A stretch of 64,000 nt of DNA, from assembly GCF_021869535.1 (NCBI RefSeq), contig NW_026262690.1:59458001-59522000 (forward strand), given 5' to 3'. Numbering within the stretch: the first letter of the stretch is position 1; each line of letters begins with the position of its first letter. The notes below the pieces were generated by a model that saw only the letters and a list, made by a program, of their open reading frames with translations, was not told the DNA's origin and did not search any database. The DNA comes from Mytilus californianus. Lineage: Eukaryota. Of the stretch, positions 1 to 11,974 are shown piece by piece. Made by a program: the position numbers and the translations under genes.

Positions 1-113
1 CTGGTGTAAATGTTGCAAATATAACAAACAACTAGAATGATTGGATAATTTAGCAATAGCACTTATAGGGATATAAATCTCATCAACAAATAAATAAAAA
101 ACAACTTATAAAT

Positions 114-1102
114 AAACTGTTATCACAGAGATATGTCTCGCCTTTTTGTAATTTGATAATGCAAATGCTGAAATTAAAATAGCAATACTTTGACATGTAA
201 GTTATGCAAATATTCAAAGTCGATGAACCATGACTGAAGGTACATGGCTAAACAATCTCCACGGAATGAGATGTGCCAATGCTAATACAACTGCATACCA
301 AATACCATTGACTTATTATAAGTCGTTCCCTTTAAACAAACCTAAACACAAACATTAACTTGTAAACTATGTAAAAGTTTCAAAGTCAATGAACCATGAT
401 CAGGGATGGGGCTATATAATCTCCATGGAAACGATACTTGCAAATGCCAATGAATTTGCATACCAAATATCATTGACTTAACATTAGCAGTACATCTTAA
501 ACTGATCTAATCACAAACTAATACATGTAAACTAAGCAAAAGTTTCAAAGTAAATAGACCATGACAGAGGGGGCGGGGCCAAATATTCTCCATGGAAATG
601 AGATGTGCTAATGCTTATACAACTGAACACCAAATAACATTGGCCTACCATTAATGGTTCCCCTTGAACTGACCTAATCACAAACTAATACATGTTAACT
701 TAGCAAAATTTCCAAAGTCTATAGACCATGACTAAGGAGGCGGAGCCAAAAAATCTCCATGGAAATGAGATATGCCAATGCTTATACAACTGCATACCAA
801 ATATCATTGACCTACCACTAGTGGTTCCCCATAAATTGACCTAATCACAAACTAATGCATGTAAACTATGAAAAGTTTCAAAGTCAATAGGCCTTGACTG
901 AGGGGGCGGGGCCAAATAATCTCCATGGTAATGAGATGTGCCAATGCTAATACAACTGCATACCAAATATCATTGACTTACCACTAGTGGTTCACCATGA
1001 ACTAGACCTAATCACAAACTAATACATTGTTGATGCCGCCGCCGCCGACACTGGAAACAGCATACCTATGTCTCGCTTTTTGACTCTGTCAAAGCGAGAC
1101 AA
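114..1102 (+). mobile_element. Non-autonomous Helentron/HINE (pearl-like) element, family A copy 1 (5 core repeats of ~166 bp)
   Basis: 5' aaactgttatcacagagatatgtctcgcc; tandem core; GCC microsatellite; 3' hairpin tgtctcgc..gcgagaca re-using the 5' subterminal motif. Confidence 0.8.
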
Positions 1103-2665
1103 TTAAAATGGTGAACCAGTGGTTACATTCCTAACTGATAAGGGCATCTGGTTTGTGATGGTGAAATATAACTTCTATACCATAATGGGCATCAAAGGTA
1201 TTTATCTAAATTTAAAACTTAAAAGTTACTTTACCAAAGTCACTAAACAATAGATGAAGTCGAAGTTACCCAAATGGTATCATCAATATATCACTTTAGG
1301 TGTCTGATTGATTGATTGTTTATTCATTTACATCCAGTGGCAAATTTGTCATGCATTTTCAGGATGACTTTATATTGAAATTAACCGAAGCAGATAGACA
1401 TAAAGATATGCAATATACAAAAGTGAATTTATATACTTTATCCAATTTCATGAATAAACATAGGCACTATTTCTATACACAGTTCTCTGACATTTTTTTT
1501 GCCTACTTGAGACTATTTAGAATGATGACTTATGATAGGCTCACTTGCCCAACAGGGAAGACTTTGGAAAAGAGGGTTTATTTAAAAATGAATAAAAAAA
1601 GTAATATGGAAAAAAAAGAGATACTGAAGCTAACTATTCACCCCTATGTTAACAATAACAATTGCACATTCATACTAAAAAATAACTGGTCCCATAATAC
1701 CTTGAACTTCATGAAAGCAACAATCAAATCTCTAAAATTATTGAATTTGTTATTACACATGATATTAATTACCAATAAAGTATTTTCATCAAAAGGTAAA
1801 CACATTGGCAAACCGTCACCAATAAATTAACCACAGAGTATTTTGAGAACATACAATACAGGTTTGATATAACAAAATTTTTGTGAAAATTGTAATTTAT
1901 CAAACTTGAAAGATGTTTAACAGTACAACTGAGTTTTATGCCAAACACGCTTCAAACTGTAAAATTTTCAACATTTAAAGTCCTAAAACTTTGTTACAAC
2001 AAACCAACAAAATTGGAAGGGATCTGTCCTTTTAGAAGTCACCGTTGTATAGAATTTGTGAAACACTCAGTTTAAGCATAATTTAAGGAAAGATATAGTT
2101 GAACAGATGGACAGAAGCATAACAGTATATCATAACATGCCTCAAAGTGATTTGTGTCTACAGATGTAGTAAAACAATGAAGATGAAAATTTCAATTATT
2201 TTTCCAATTTCACACTTAACTTTTTATTACAAACTTACACTGTTTTCATTTACTAAATTTGTCATAGCGTTAGTGATTACAATTAAAGTCCCCCTTGTAC
2301 AATCATAACTGTGTCCTATTACTACTACCCATGAATAATAGTATTTCTTAATTTTAATACTTTCATACAAAATATGTTAAAGTATTCCCACTGAAGCAGA
2401 TAAAAACTAGTATAAATTTCTATGTTGTTATTTTCTTATCAACTAAATATTTTTGTAACTGTCTTTATATGCATTTTTAATGTAAACGTAAATTAGAGAC
2501 ATTGTGGGGATCTACCGGTTTCCAAAGTTTAGAAAGTTTATTCAATTAACTTCAAAGACAAGCTTAACTTGTTACAATAAAACTTTCTCTTAACATTTAT
2601 TTTATGAAAGATTATAAGATTCTCTGTTTGCATATAAGATATTTAGTTTGCATGCTTGTATTCCA

Positions 2666-2883
2666 TTGATTGATTGATTGAATGATTGGTGTTTAATGCC
2701 AGTTTCAGCATTATTAGCTATTTCGTGGCAATCAGTTTATATTGGTGGAGGAAGCTGAAGTGCCCGGAGAGAACCACAACATTTAGTAGGAAAACTGACA
2801 ATCCTAGTCAATTGAGATTGGAGTCAAACGCACCTGCTATGTATGGGGTTCTACTCACGACCTCTATGTTGACAGGCTAGTGA
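2666..2883 (-). mobile_element. tRNA-derived SINE, same family, head truncated
   Basis: Same body and (GATT)n tail as 24669 and 31785. Confidence 0.68.
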
Positions 2884-3755
2884 CTTGTATTCCAGTAGCT
2901 GTATATTGGTGATGGTATGAAGGCATTAATGTTAATTATGCAATGTATTACTAGTAAGTAAAGTTGAAGCAATATAAATCTAATAAGTGAAAAATAGAGA
3001 AATGAATTTGGAAATGAAATGAAACCAAATTTGAAGCACCAGCCTTGAACATAGCATTTATGGCATTTTAAGCTAGTTGTCCATTACTAAAAAAATACAC
3101 TCAAACTTAAAAGTAAAACCACAGCAAAATATTTCATACTTTATAAATTAGTTTTCAAAGAAGAATGAAAAATGATATGGATGAATATTTGAATTTTCAC
3201 TGCAGATCACAATAATATTATGCATTTCTATCAAATTATACAAATGATCAAAAGTGAAATATCTTTTGGTGAAGGCTAACAGCAATTACAAAAGTAAATG
3301 TCTGCATCAAACTTTTTCAGTTGAACATAGTTTTTAAATGTATTACACAAAAAAATTAAACAAGTCAAACATAATTTCTCATCATCTATAAAAAAAACAT
3401 TGTGTGAGTTTAAACTACATCGTACTTTCTAAAAATGACACATGTGTTCACCATGAACTCTGGGCTGACCTAATCTATAACATTTTGGCAAAGCTACAAA
3501 GCTCTTTTCAGTATGTATCATTCACTATGTATCATCATACCCATTGAATCTCAAAAATGTGTATTGCACTGTTCCCAAATGACTTTCCATCCACAAAACT
3601 GGAAACAGTCTAGCGGGAGTAATCATTAATAATGATATGAGCAAAGAAATAACAAATGGAAAGCAATCATCACATCAACAAGCATCGCAGTCACACTTAA
3701 ATCTCCATATCATAGAAAAAATTGTTATTCCTTGTAACATCCATTCTTCCTTCCT

Positions 3756-4116
3756 TCATACATACCATTCCTTTACATCTTTCTTCTTTCCTGGCTTAAT
3801 ATTAGATGCCCCTATTATTGCACCGTTACCTTGTAAACTTTTAGATTCTAAGTAAGCAAAGTTTTTACTTTCATCTACTTTATATGTTCCTTCGTCTCTA
3901 CTTCGGAATTTATACAATGCTATAATTAGAATAATTACAGTAAATGCCACACCTACACCTATTCCGATAAATAACGCTAACTTTTTCTTATCATCTTCAC
4001 GGTCTGGTGGACCCTGGGATTCTGTTCTTAAAGTAGTCACAATTATGTTAGGCTGACTTGTTTCTATGCATCCTTCAGCCCCACCTTCACATATTCTATT
4101 CATATTCTTTAATGTA
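3756..4116 (-). CDS. Nrx-1: Neurexin exon 16: TM and cytoplasmic tail with PDZ-binding motif
   Basis: ctttttttag|T ACA..; [25 protein letters not shown]; [13 protein letters not shown]; KDVKEWYV stop. Confidence 0.96.
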
Positions 4117-4656
4117 CTAAAAAAAGATAAAAACAATTAATTATTCTTTATCTGATTATTTCATAGCAACACAATAACAAGTCATAATGTGCAAAAATAC
4201 GTACTTTTAAGTTTGAATGAATTTTCTAACATGCTTACAGAAATATTTCACAATAAATGCAAGTACATAATTCATAACAACACATTAGTAAATTTCAGCA
4301 GCATAAAATAAAAATCTGTCAGCTTGACTCATCATATCGCCACTTAGCGCAAAAAAAAAAGACACAAAATACCAATGTGAGCACACTGGAAGTTACTAAA
4401 AGCTAGTACAAAAATCAGTTTCAACTAATAGATAGACAATGTTTCCAATATTTACACCTACAATGAATTTATGTAAAGACATGTTGTGTATTTTCTTTCT
4501 GTGCTTAAATAATCGTACCAATGCGCTAGTACAGCTGGTACAGTTGGTGAGTCCTTATTTTGTGAATGCTCTTTAATTTACCTTGGCCGATGTGTGTCTA
4601 GTTGTTTTGGCTGTAATTTTTGATGTGGCCTTTGTTGATGGTAGATATTTAAGTAC

Positions 4657-4847
4657 CTTGGCTGAGGGGTTTCTGGTGGTTTTGGCGTTGAGAATGTTAT
4701 GATTGTTGATGTTGGTAGAATGATGTCATCAGCTGACCCAGCACCACTGAACGTTACACATTCATCTTCATCATCACTCATGCATTCCAAGCCATCTTCA
4801 GTTGATACTATGATTTCGTCAGCAATTCCTTGCATGGGAGTTGTCTG
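4657..4847 (-). CDS. Nrx-1: Neurexin exon 15: Cys-loop and stalk
   Basis: tttttttctgcag|QTTPMQGIADEIIVSTEDGLECMSDDEDECVTFSGAGSADDII..TPQP AG|gtactt; 191 nt, phase 0 to 2; alternative in-frame donor at 4582. Confidence 0.9.
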
Positions 4848-5467
4848 CTGCAGAAAAAAAAGACTTGTAAGACAATTAAATTGACTGTAAATAGCCTTAT
4901 CTTTTTTAATTCTGTAAAATATTTGAGAATTCATGTTACAAATTACTTTCAACCTTTATAACAATAAATTTACCAAGGATTCTTTCTAGTTAATATCATA
5001 AAAACTCCATCCTACATTTTAAAACTTTACTTTTAAATGTTTGTCAAACATGCTGAAAAACAACACTGATACTCTTTAAAGCATATTATAGCATACTTCT
5101 GATAAAGTGAAGACACTGCAATAATATTGAAAATGTAAATTAATTTACTACTTGCTTCATAATTCAGGTCGATAGTTAAACTCATGCACAATCTATATTA
5201 ATGTTGATTATGTCTAATTGAAATTGTAACCCTTTATAATTAGCAGCATGCCAACAAGTTATTCATGGCTGCAATTTAGGTTTGTCTAGTTAGTGATTGT
5301 AAACATAAATTATGGTAAAACTATGGAACTTTTATAAGCCTGTTCAGATAAAAATTCTGTTAAAAAATAAATAAGTGAATACTAAATTTTTGGATTGTTA
5401 GGAAGGACTATAAATATGTAGTTTCTTGAATTTATTCATTTTTTTAAATGACTACCACTACAACTAT

Positions 5468-6616
5468 AAACTGTTAACACAGAGATATGTCTCGCCTATT
5501 TGTTATTTTTATAATGCATATGTTGAAATTAAAATAGCAATACTTTAACATGTAAGTTATGCAAATATTTAAAGTCAATGAACCATGACTGAAGGTACAG
5601 GGCTAAACAATATCCATGGAAATCAGATGTGCCAATGCTAATACAACTGCATACCAAATATCATTGACTTTTCATATTTCGTTCTCTTTAAACAAACCTA
5701 AACACAAACATTAACTTGTAAACTATGCAAAAGTTTCAAAGTCAATAAACCGTAATGAGGAGGTGGGGTTATATAATATTAGTGGAAACGAAACTTGCAA
5801 ATACCAATACTTTTGCATACCAAATATCAATGACTTATGATTAATGGTTCATCTTAAACTGACCTAATCACAAACTAATACATGTAAACTAAGCAAAAGT
5901 TTCAAGGTAAATAGACCATGACTGAGGGGTAAGGACCAAATATACTCCATGGAAATGAGATCTGCTAATGATTATACAACTGCATACCAATTATCATTGA
6001 CCTACCACTAACAGTTCCCCTTAAACTGATCTAATCACAAACTAATACATGAAAACTAAGCAAAAATTTAAAAGTCAATAGACCATGACAGAGGGGGCGT
6101 GGCTAAATAATCTCCATGGAAATGAGATAATCCAATGCTTATACAACTGTATACAAAATATCATTTACCTACCACTAATGGTTCAACAGAAACTGACCTA
6201 ATCACAAACTAATACATGAAAACTAAGCAAAAATGTCAAAGTCAATAGACCATGACAGAGGGGGTGTGGCCAAATTATCTCCATGGAAATGAGATATGCC
6301 AATGCTTATACAACTGCATACCAAATATCATTGACCTAACACTAGTGGTTCCGCAGAAACTGACCTAATCACAAACTAATACATGTAAACTAAGCAAAGT
6401 TCAAAGTCAATAAACCATGACTGAGGAGGCGGGACCAAATAATCTCCATGGTAATGAGATGTGCCAATGCTTATACAACTGCATACCAAATATCATTGAC
6501 CTACCACTAGTGGTTCACCATAAACTAGACCTAATCACAAACTAATACATTGTTGACGCCGCCGCCAGAAACAGCATACCTATGTCTCACTTTTTGACTC
6601 CGTCAAGGCGAGACAA
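5468..6616 (+). mobile_element. HINE/pearl-like family A copy 2 (6 core repeats)
   Basis: Same termini, core and hairpin as 114-1102. Confidence 0.8.
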
Positions 6617-7175
6617 AAATCAATTTAATGTTGACCATTACCTTGCAAGTGTTCAATTCTCATTTTATTCAAGAAATTGTGTTGTTTTAATATCTGATGA
6701 TGGAACCAAAATTACCCAGGTAATTCTATGGTAAGCGAGTTACTTCACCAGAACAATATTCATTTGTCTATGCTAGGGTTATTTAATTACTTGTCTTTAG
6801 AAATATTATATAACCTCAGTAATTCAAGAATTACAACATAACTCACTGTTTTAAATATTTCCTTTATTGATTAAGCCATAAAAATTCTGCTGTTTTACAG
6901 AAAGTGACGTGAAAAACTTGAACATTTATACAAAAATGATTAATTGGTTAATTCAAACTTGAACCATTCTTTAACATTCTATGTTATATTCTCTAAGACA
7001 TTTAATAAATAATGACATGTTCTACTCATTGTTAGTACATCTCAGCAGATAAATGTTATCCTATGGTTATCGATTGGATTATAAATCATATTCCAAGAAA
7101 GCAGCAACATTCCTCATCTTAAACAACAGAACATAAAGTCATTCTGGATTAGTCATTCCCACGCTAACAACTTAC

Positions 7176-7664
7176 AACAGGAGATATTTCAATGTTCAAC
7201 TTATCAGTACCATCAATAACAACAGATTGTTCTCTCCCTCTGTCTTTTGGATATTTAGCTGGATCCGGCAATTTCAGTTTATTAGATATTGTTGTAGGAG
7301 ACATTGGTGGGTTTGCTATAGGAATTACTTTATGTATTGAATCTTCGTGTAAGCTAATATCAGTCTCGACTATACTAGTATCCTTAAACTGATTTATTTG
7401 TGGAAATAGAGTAATAGCGGGATCCTCCTCTCTTAAAGGAATGTAAACTGAGTCTCCACTAAAATCGTCAATATGTGTATTTTTAACATCATCTTCATCA
7501 TCCACAGTTAGTATGATGGAAAAGTCGTCATAATAAGAGACATCTGTATTGTCATTACTTATCTCCCTTTTTTCAATTCTAGACTTTGTATTTACAATGG
7601 AATTAATTTCATTGTTATTGAGCACAGTGTCTTTACGGAATGTTTTTTGCTTGATGAATGTTTT
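7176..7664 (-). CDS. Nrx-1: Candidate 489-nt (163 aa) stalk exon: cassette exon or gamma-type isoform exon
   Basis: Open frame bounded by ttattgtag| and GTT|gtaagt, phase 0 to 0; acidic and Ser/Thr/Pro-rich; contains EKR and DDFSGD motifs. Confidence 0.65.
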
Positions 7665-7969
7665 CTACAATAAATGTTAAAATAAGAAAAAAAACTTTTC
7701 TGGCAATCATATTGCAACCTAGAAGCAAGGAGACAATGCATCACATCAATTTCCTTGGTTATACTTTTAAGTACATTACACTATTAATTTTTTTCTTTTA
7801 AAATTAACATAATAAAACTTGATTGTGTAAACACATGAAAATTAATATTGTGAATCAGTGTGCACATTGCTATAAAGTAGTGTGTTTGTCACCACTGTGA
7901 GAGGATGTGAACAAAGCAATATACTTGGTGATTAAAAAATTGATATAAATAATTCTGATTAAAACTTAC

Positions 7970-8003
7970 TCTAGTTTCTCTAGTTGACTGCATTACTTCT
8001 CTC
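7970..8003 (-). CDS. Nrx-1: Neurexin exon 14: 34-nt bridging stalk exon (REVMQSTRETR)
   Basis: cccttttttttaag-type tract|G AGA GAA GTA ATG CAG TCA ACT AGA GAA ACT AGA|gtaagt; the only good phase 2 to 0 exon I found linking exon 13 to exon 15. Confidence 0.72.
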
Positions 8004-8104
8004 CTTAAAAAAAGGGTAAACTAATTTATAGAAAATGTTATTTATATTTAGGATCATAATGCAAGTGATATTCTTTAAAAGTTCTAATATAACATGATGT
8101 GACA

Positions 8105-8532
8105 CAACTGGCCCAAGACCACAATTAATGACCGTTATCTTTGTTGGCCACTAATATAGTTCTCTGTAGTTGTAGTGTTTTTTGTTTTTTTCTTTCCTTC
8201 CCTTTCTCATTCATTTCTAAATTTCTATGAGGTGGAAATGAAAGAAAAGAGTTCAAATAAATTTTTGGATGTTTATCTTAACTATTCAGTAGCTGGAAAG
8301 AGTGATAAGGTCAGGTGCACAAAGGTAGTAATTTTAATTTTTAGAACATCTGTCAACTTTTTCATACAGTATGGATGTGTGTGGGCTGAATTAGAAAATG
8401 TCTCTATAGAATAATTTTTTCTAAATATTAGACACATTTTGTGACTTGTACGGTACGGAAGACATACAATAACTTTTGCCAAAATGTTATAAAGAACTAA
8501 TAGGAAAATTAATTGTGGTCCTGGGCCAGCTG
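8105..8532. mobile_element. Putative MITE with 24-bp inverted termini
   Basis: caactggcccaagaccacaattaa versus ttaattgtggtcctgggccagctg (2 mismatches); no TSD seen. Confidence 0.45.
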
Positions 8533-9241
8533 CCCTCTCCTGTAAAAGTAGGAACTTGATTAGTAACTCACTAGTATACAGTTATACAGTTATAACGGAC
8601 GCATTACATTTGTGTGCATTAGGGGATTAAATTTTTTTACATTTGTCTGCAGTTTTTGATTACATTTGTACATTTTGCACACATTCATTTTACAGGTAAT
8701 AGGTTAAAATAAAGATAATGCATAATAAACATGACTATAGTTATTAAATTTGAACTCATTTGTAAATTTGAACTACATATTTATATATATATTCTGAAAA
8801 AAAAATATGAAGAGATCATGTGAAATCCCGTAACAGCTTAAGCCATATATCTAACTTAATTGCGAATATTTCAGAGTGAATAGTATTCTTATTCCAAATT
8901 TTACCGAATAGTGATTGCTTTAGTAAATGATGTAAAGTTGCGTCAAGGCAGACACATGTAGTTTCGATTGACAGAAACAAATAGGGGGAAGAATCTTTAG
9001 ATTAATATATGATGGTTTTACTTTCCATATCGTCAGAACACTCAAGTCAGGGGATATTTCATGACTATGTACTATAAAAAATTACAAAGGGACTTGGACT
9101 AACGGACGGGGTACTTGTAGTTGTTTATATTTAAACATGGAAGTATTATATTGTCAATATGATACTTTCATGGTTAAATAAATATATAAAAAAAATATAA
9201 TCTATCTGCATTTACCTGTATTTATCCGAGTTTACCTGTAA

Positions 9242-9717
9242 AACTAGATATCATTGAGATGGGAGCCATCTCTGTGGGCCCCGCTGTGAATAATGTGTGG
9301 TAAAAAATTTGTATCTTTATCATTGGACATGGGGTTGTCAAATGAAACCGAAGTTTATGACCTTGACCTTTGACCTAGGAAGTTGTACATAAATTATGAC
9401 ACACCCTCTGGTGTTGGTTTATATACATGTCAAGTATAAACATTGAAATCATAATGGTTCTCAAGATATAGAGCGGACACAATCTTTACCATAGGACATG
9501 GGGTTGTCAACTAAAACCAAAGTTTTAGACCTTGACCTTTGACCTAGGAAGTTGTACATACATTATGACACACCCTCTGGTGTTGGTTTATATACATGTC
9601 AAGTATAAACTTTGAAATCATAACGGTTCTCTAGATATAGAGCGGACACAATTTGTTAAGGACGGACGGACGGACAGACTGATCACTATAGGGCGTCCGC
9701 CATTCGACAAGGCCCTA
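9242..9717 (+). mobile_element. HINE/pearl-like element, different family (2 cores of ~170 bp)
   Basis: aactag start; ccttgacctttgacc core; (GGAC)n; terminal agggc..gccct hairpin. Confidence 0.7.
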
Positions 9718-10078
9718 ATGAATGCTAGATAATGTAATCAAAAGCTGCACGCAAAGGTAATGATTTTTATGTGCAAATGTAATGATAATGCTTGCAAACA
9801 TAATGCACCGGTTATAACCCCCAATTCAGCTCAAATTATATAGGTGTTAATAACTTGAAAAGGTCAGAACAAGTACAATATTCAAGACATTTTCTATGCC
9901 CAATAGTTGTAACTATATTAGAAGTCATAAAAGCACATAATCCAGAGTGAAAAGTGAACAGGATCTGTAACACACAAAGAGTGTCAAATTAAGGTAAAGA
10001 TATACTATTGTTATCCTTGACCTTTTTTTCCTACAGCTCTCTCTATCATTTTCATCTCCTCTCTATTTTTATCCTCAC

Positions 10079-10169
10079 CTTTTTAGCCTTACATCACCCT
10101 CTATAGATATTCTTCTATCTCCCCCTTCTGCTGCCTTTTCTAGTAAAGGAAGACCATTAAATACAAGAC
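10079..10169 (-). CDS. Nrx-1: Neurexin exon 13: end of LNS6 (not in ORF track)
   Basis: catttgtag|(G)LVFNGLPLLEKAAEGGDRRISIEGDVRLK AG|gtgagg; 91 nt, phase 1 to 2. Confidence 0.9.
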
Positions 10170-11541
10170 CTACAAATGTAAAATATAATGGGTTTCTGAT
10201 ACATAAAAAAGCCCATTAATTATAAAACAAGGAAATATAAAATTCTTATGACATTCAGTAAAGTTTTTATATTGCATGTCTACCTTAAAATTAATGTTTA
10301 CAGTTGCTGCTCTCTATTAAAAATATCAAGATTGCTTTTATAAATCCTTTATCTTAGAAAATAGTAAAAGATCCTTTATAGTCATATTCTTTTAAAAAAA
10401 TCAACACCGTTTTTTTTTATTAATGTAAATTACAGTAACAGGTAAATGTTTTCTACATACAAGATCAACACAACCGTCACAAATATTAAAATTACTGAAT
10501 CTATAAAAGTTCCAATTTCTACTTTAAGAAGAATTCTGGGTCATAGGCTTATATTTCTAATATTCTCTAAATACAACACCTGAACTACTTTTGAAGTCTT
10601 TAATAAGTTTACTATAACTCTCATTCAAAAGCATTAGTAATTACCATTGCAAAAAGTTTGTTTCATTGATTAAAAATATAGCCAGAAATAGCTTTAAAGT
10701 TACAACTCCATACAAAGTAATTCTGAAAGTTAAATTTATATATGATATAATCTCACTTTGTTAATCTAGGAAGTTAACCATTGAAATCAGATCAATTAAA
10801 CCTATTCAAATCTGCCTGCTGAGCTATTTACTAAGTCACAAGTTAGATAATCTAACATAAAAACCAGGGGTAAGAGCTTTTCTGCAAGATCAATGTATCT
10901 GTAAAGCATGAACATAAATCATATATTTTCACCTTAATGCTGACCTATTCACACAGCCTCATTTTCAAGCAACTAATAGAATCTGTCCCTTAATATGGTA
11001 CCCTCAATCTAACTGGTTTCATAGATATCACAATAGATAAAAACTTTATACACAGTAAGAGAAGCATGAAAGTAGCTCAAACTATTTTTAAACTCTATTT
11101 TTACCTTGGTATTGATATTTCAAAAATTGAAAGTCACTCAATATAAAAATAAGAAGATGTGGTATGATTCAAGCCTGATTGATAGGTGAAACTGGTTTAC
11201 TTTTGATATGATATGCAACTTCATAATAAGACTCATATGCATGTGAACTAAAATTACCCTATCTCTTTAAGTTATACAGATATGTCTTTGAATACATACA
11301 CAGGTGAAAATACTGATGTGCTTGCACAAAGACAGTGTTGCTAAAAATACTTTTATACTCTAATAAAGAAAACTGTACAGAAAAACAAACTGCTCCTCTG
11401 AAGCATTTGCTTACTTCACCATAATCAACTGATTGGTTGAAGTAAAGCTTCATAAGATCAGTTGAAAATGAGGATTAAAAAAACAAGAACACCATGATTA
11501 TTCACACACCATTCTTTGTTAGGAGGTAAAACATCATTTAA

Positions 11542-11934
11542 GGATGTACTTAGGTGAAATTAAAAAAATCTAGAATTTAAAATTGATACTACAAGTCAGA
11601 AGAGCATAAGATAAGGAACAGAATAAGCTAAAATTATTGATAGGTTATGGAGCTCCTTTTTCGAGATATTTAATTTATAAAAAAAATGGCGGGAAAAGGC
11701 TGACTCTGGCTTTTACCTTATACTTGCATTTGTATTATTTGGGTCTAAAATCAAAAGAAAAGAAATCTAGAATCTGCTTAAATTTAGGCAAATGACCTTT
11801 TATGAGCTATTGAAGTCTTATATGAAAAAAAAATGGGTGTTATGGGGCAAAATATTTTACCCTGTATCGTAGGAAAAATAACCAAGGAGTCCGAACATCT
11901 GAAAAAAATTCCTAAACCTGACCTAAGTACATCC
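11542..11934. mobile_element. Kolobok-like MITE with TTAA TSD
   Basis: TTAA|GGATGTACTTAGGT ... ACCTAAGTACATCC|TTAA; purine-purine terminus rather than piggyBac CC. Confidence 0.75.
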
Positions 11935-11974
11935 TTAAGTAGGATTTGCTCAGAATTACAGACATAATATTTAC

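Noticed and set aside
1312-1830. 172-aa plus-strand ORF
   Set aside because: No recognisable domain, the composition reflects AT-rich DNA, and there are no convincing splice partners.
4519-4553. 35-nt exon DSPTVPAVLAH after the 4582 donor
   Set aside because: It would require a 28-nt intron from 4582, and from the 4657 donor it hits a stop.
10020-10085. Read-through of exon 13 (RLKGEDKNREEMKMIER) by shortening the A5 run
   Set aside because: It needs an unsupported indel, whereas AG|GTGAGG is a near-consensus donor and a phase-compatible exon exists at 7970-8003.
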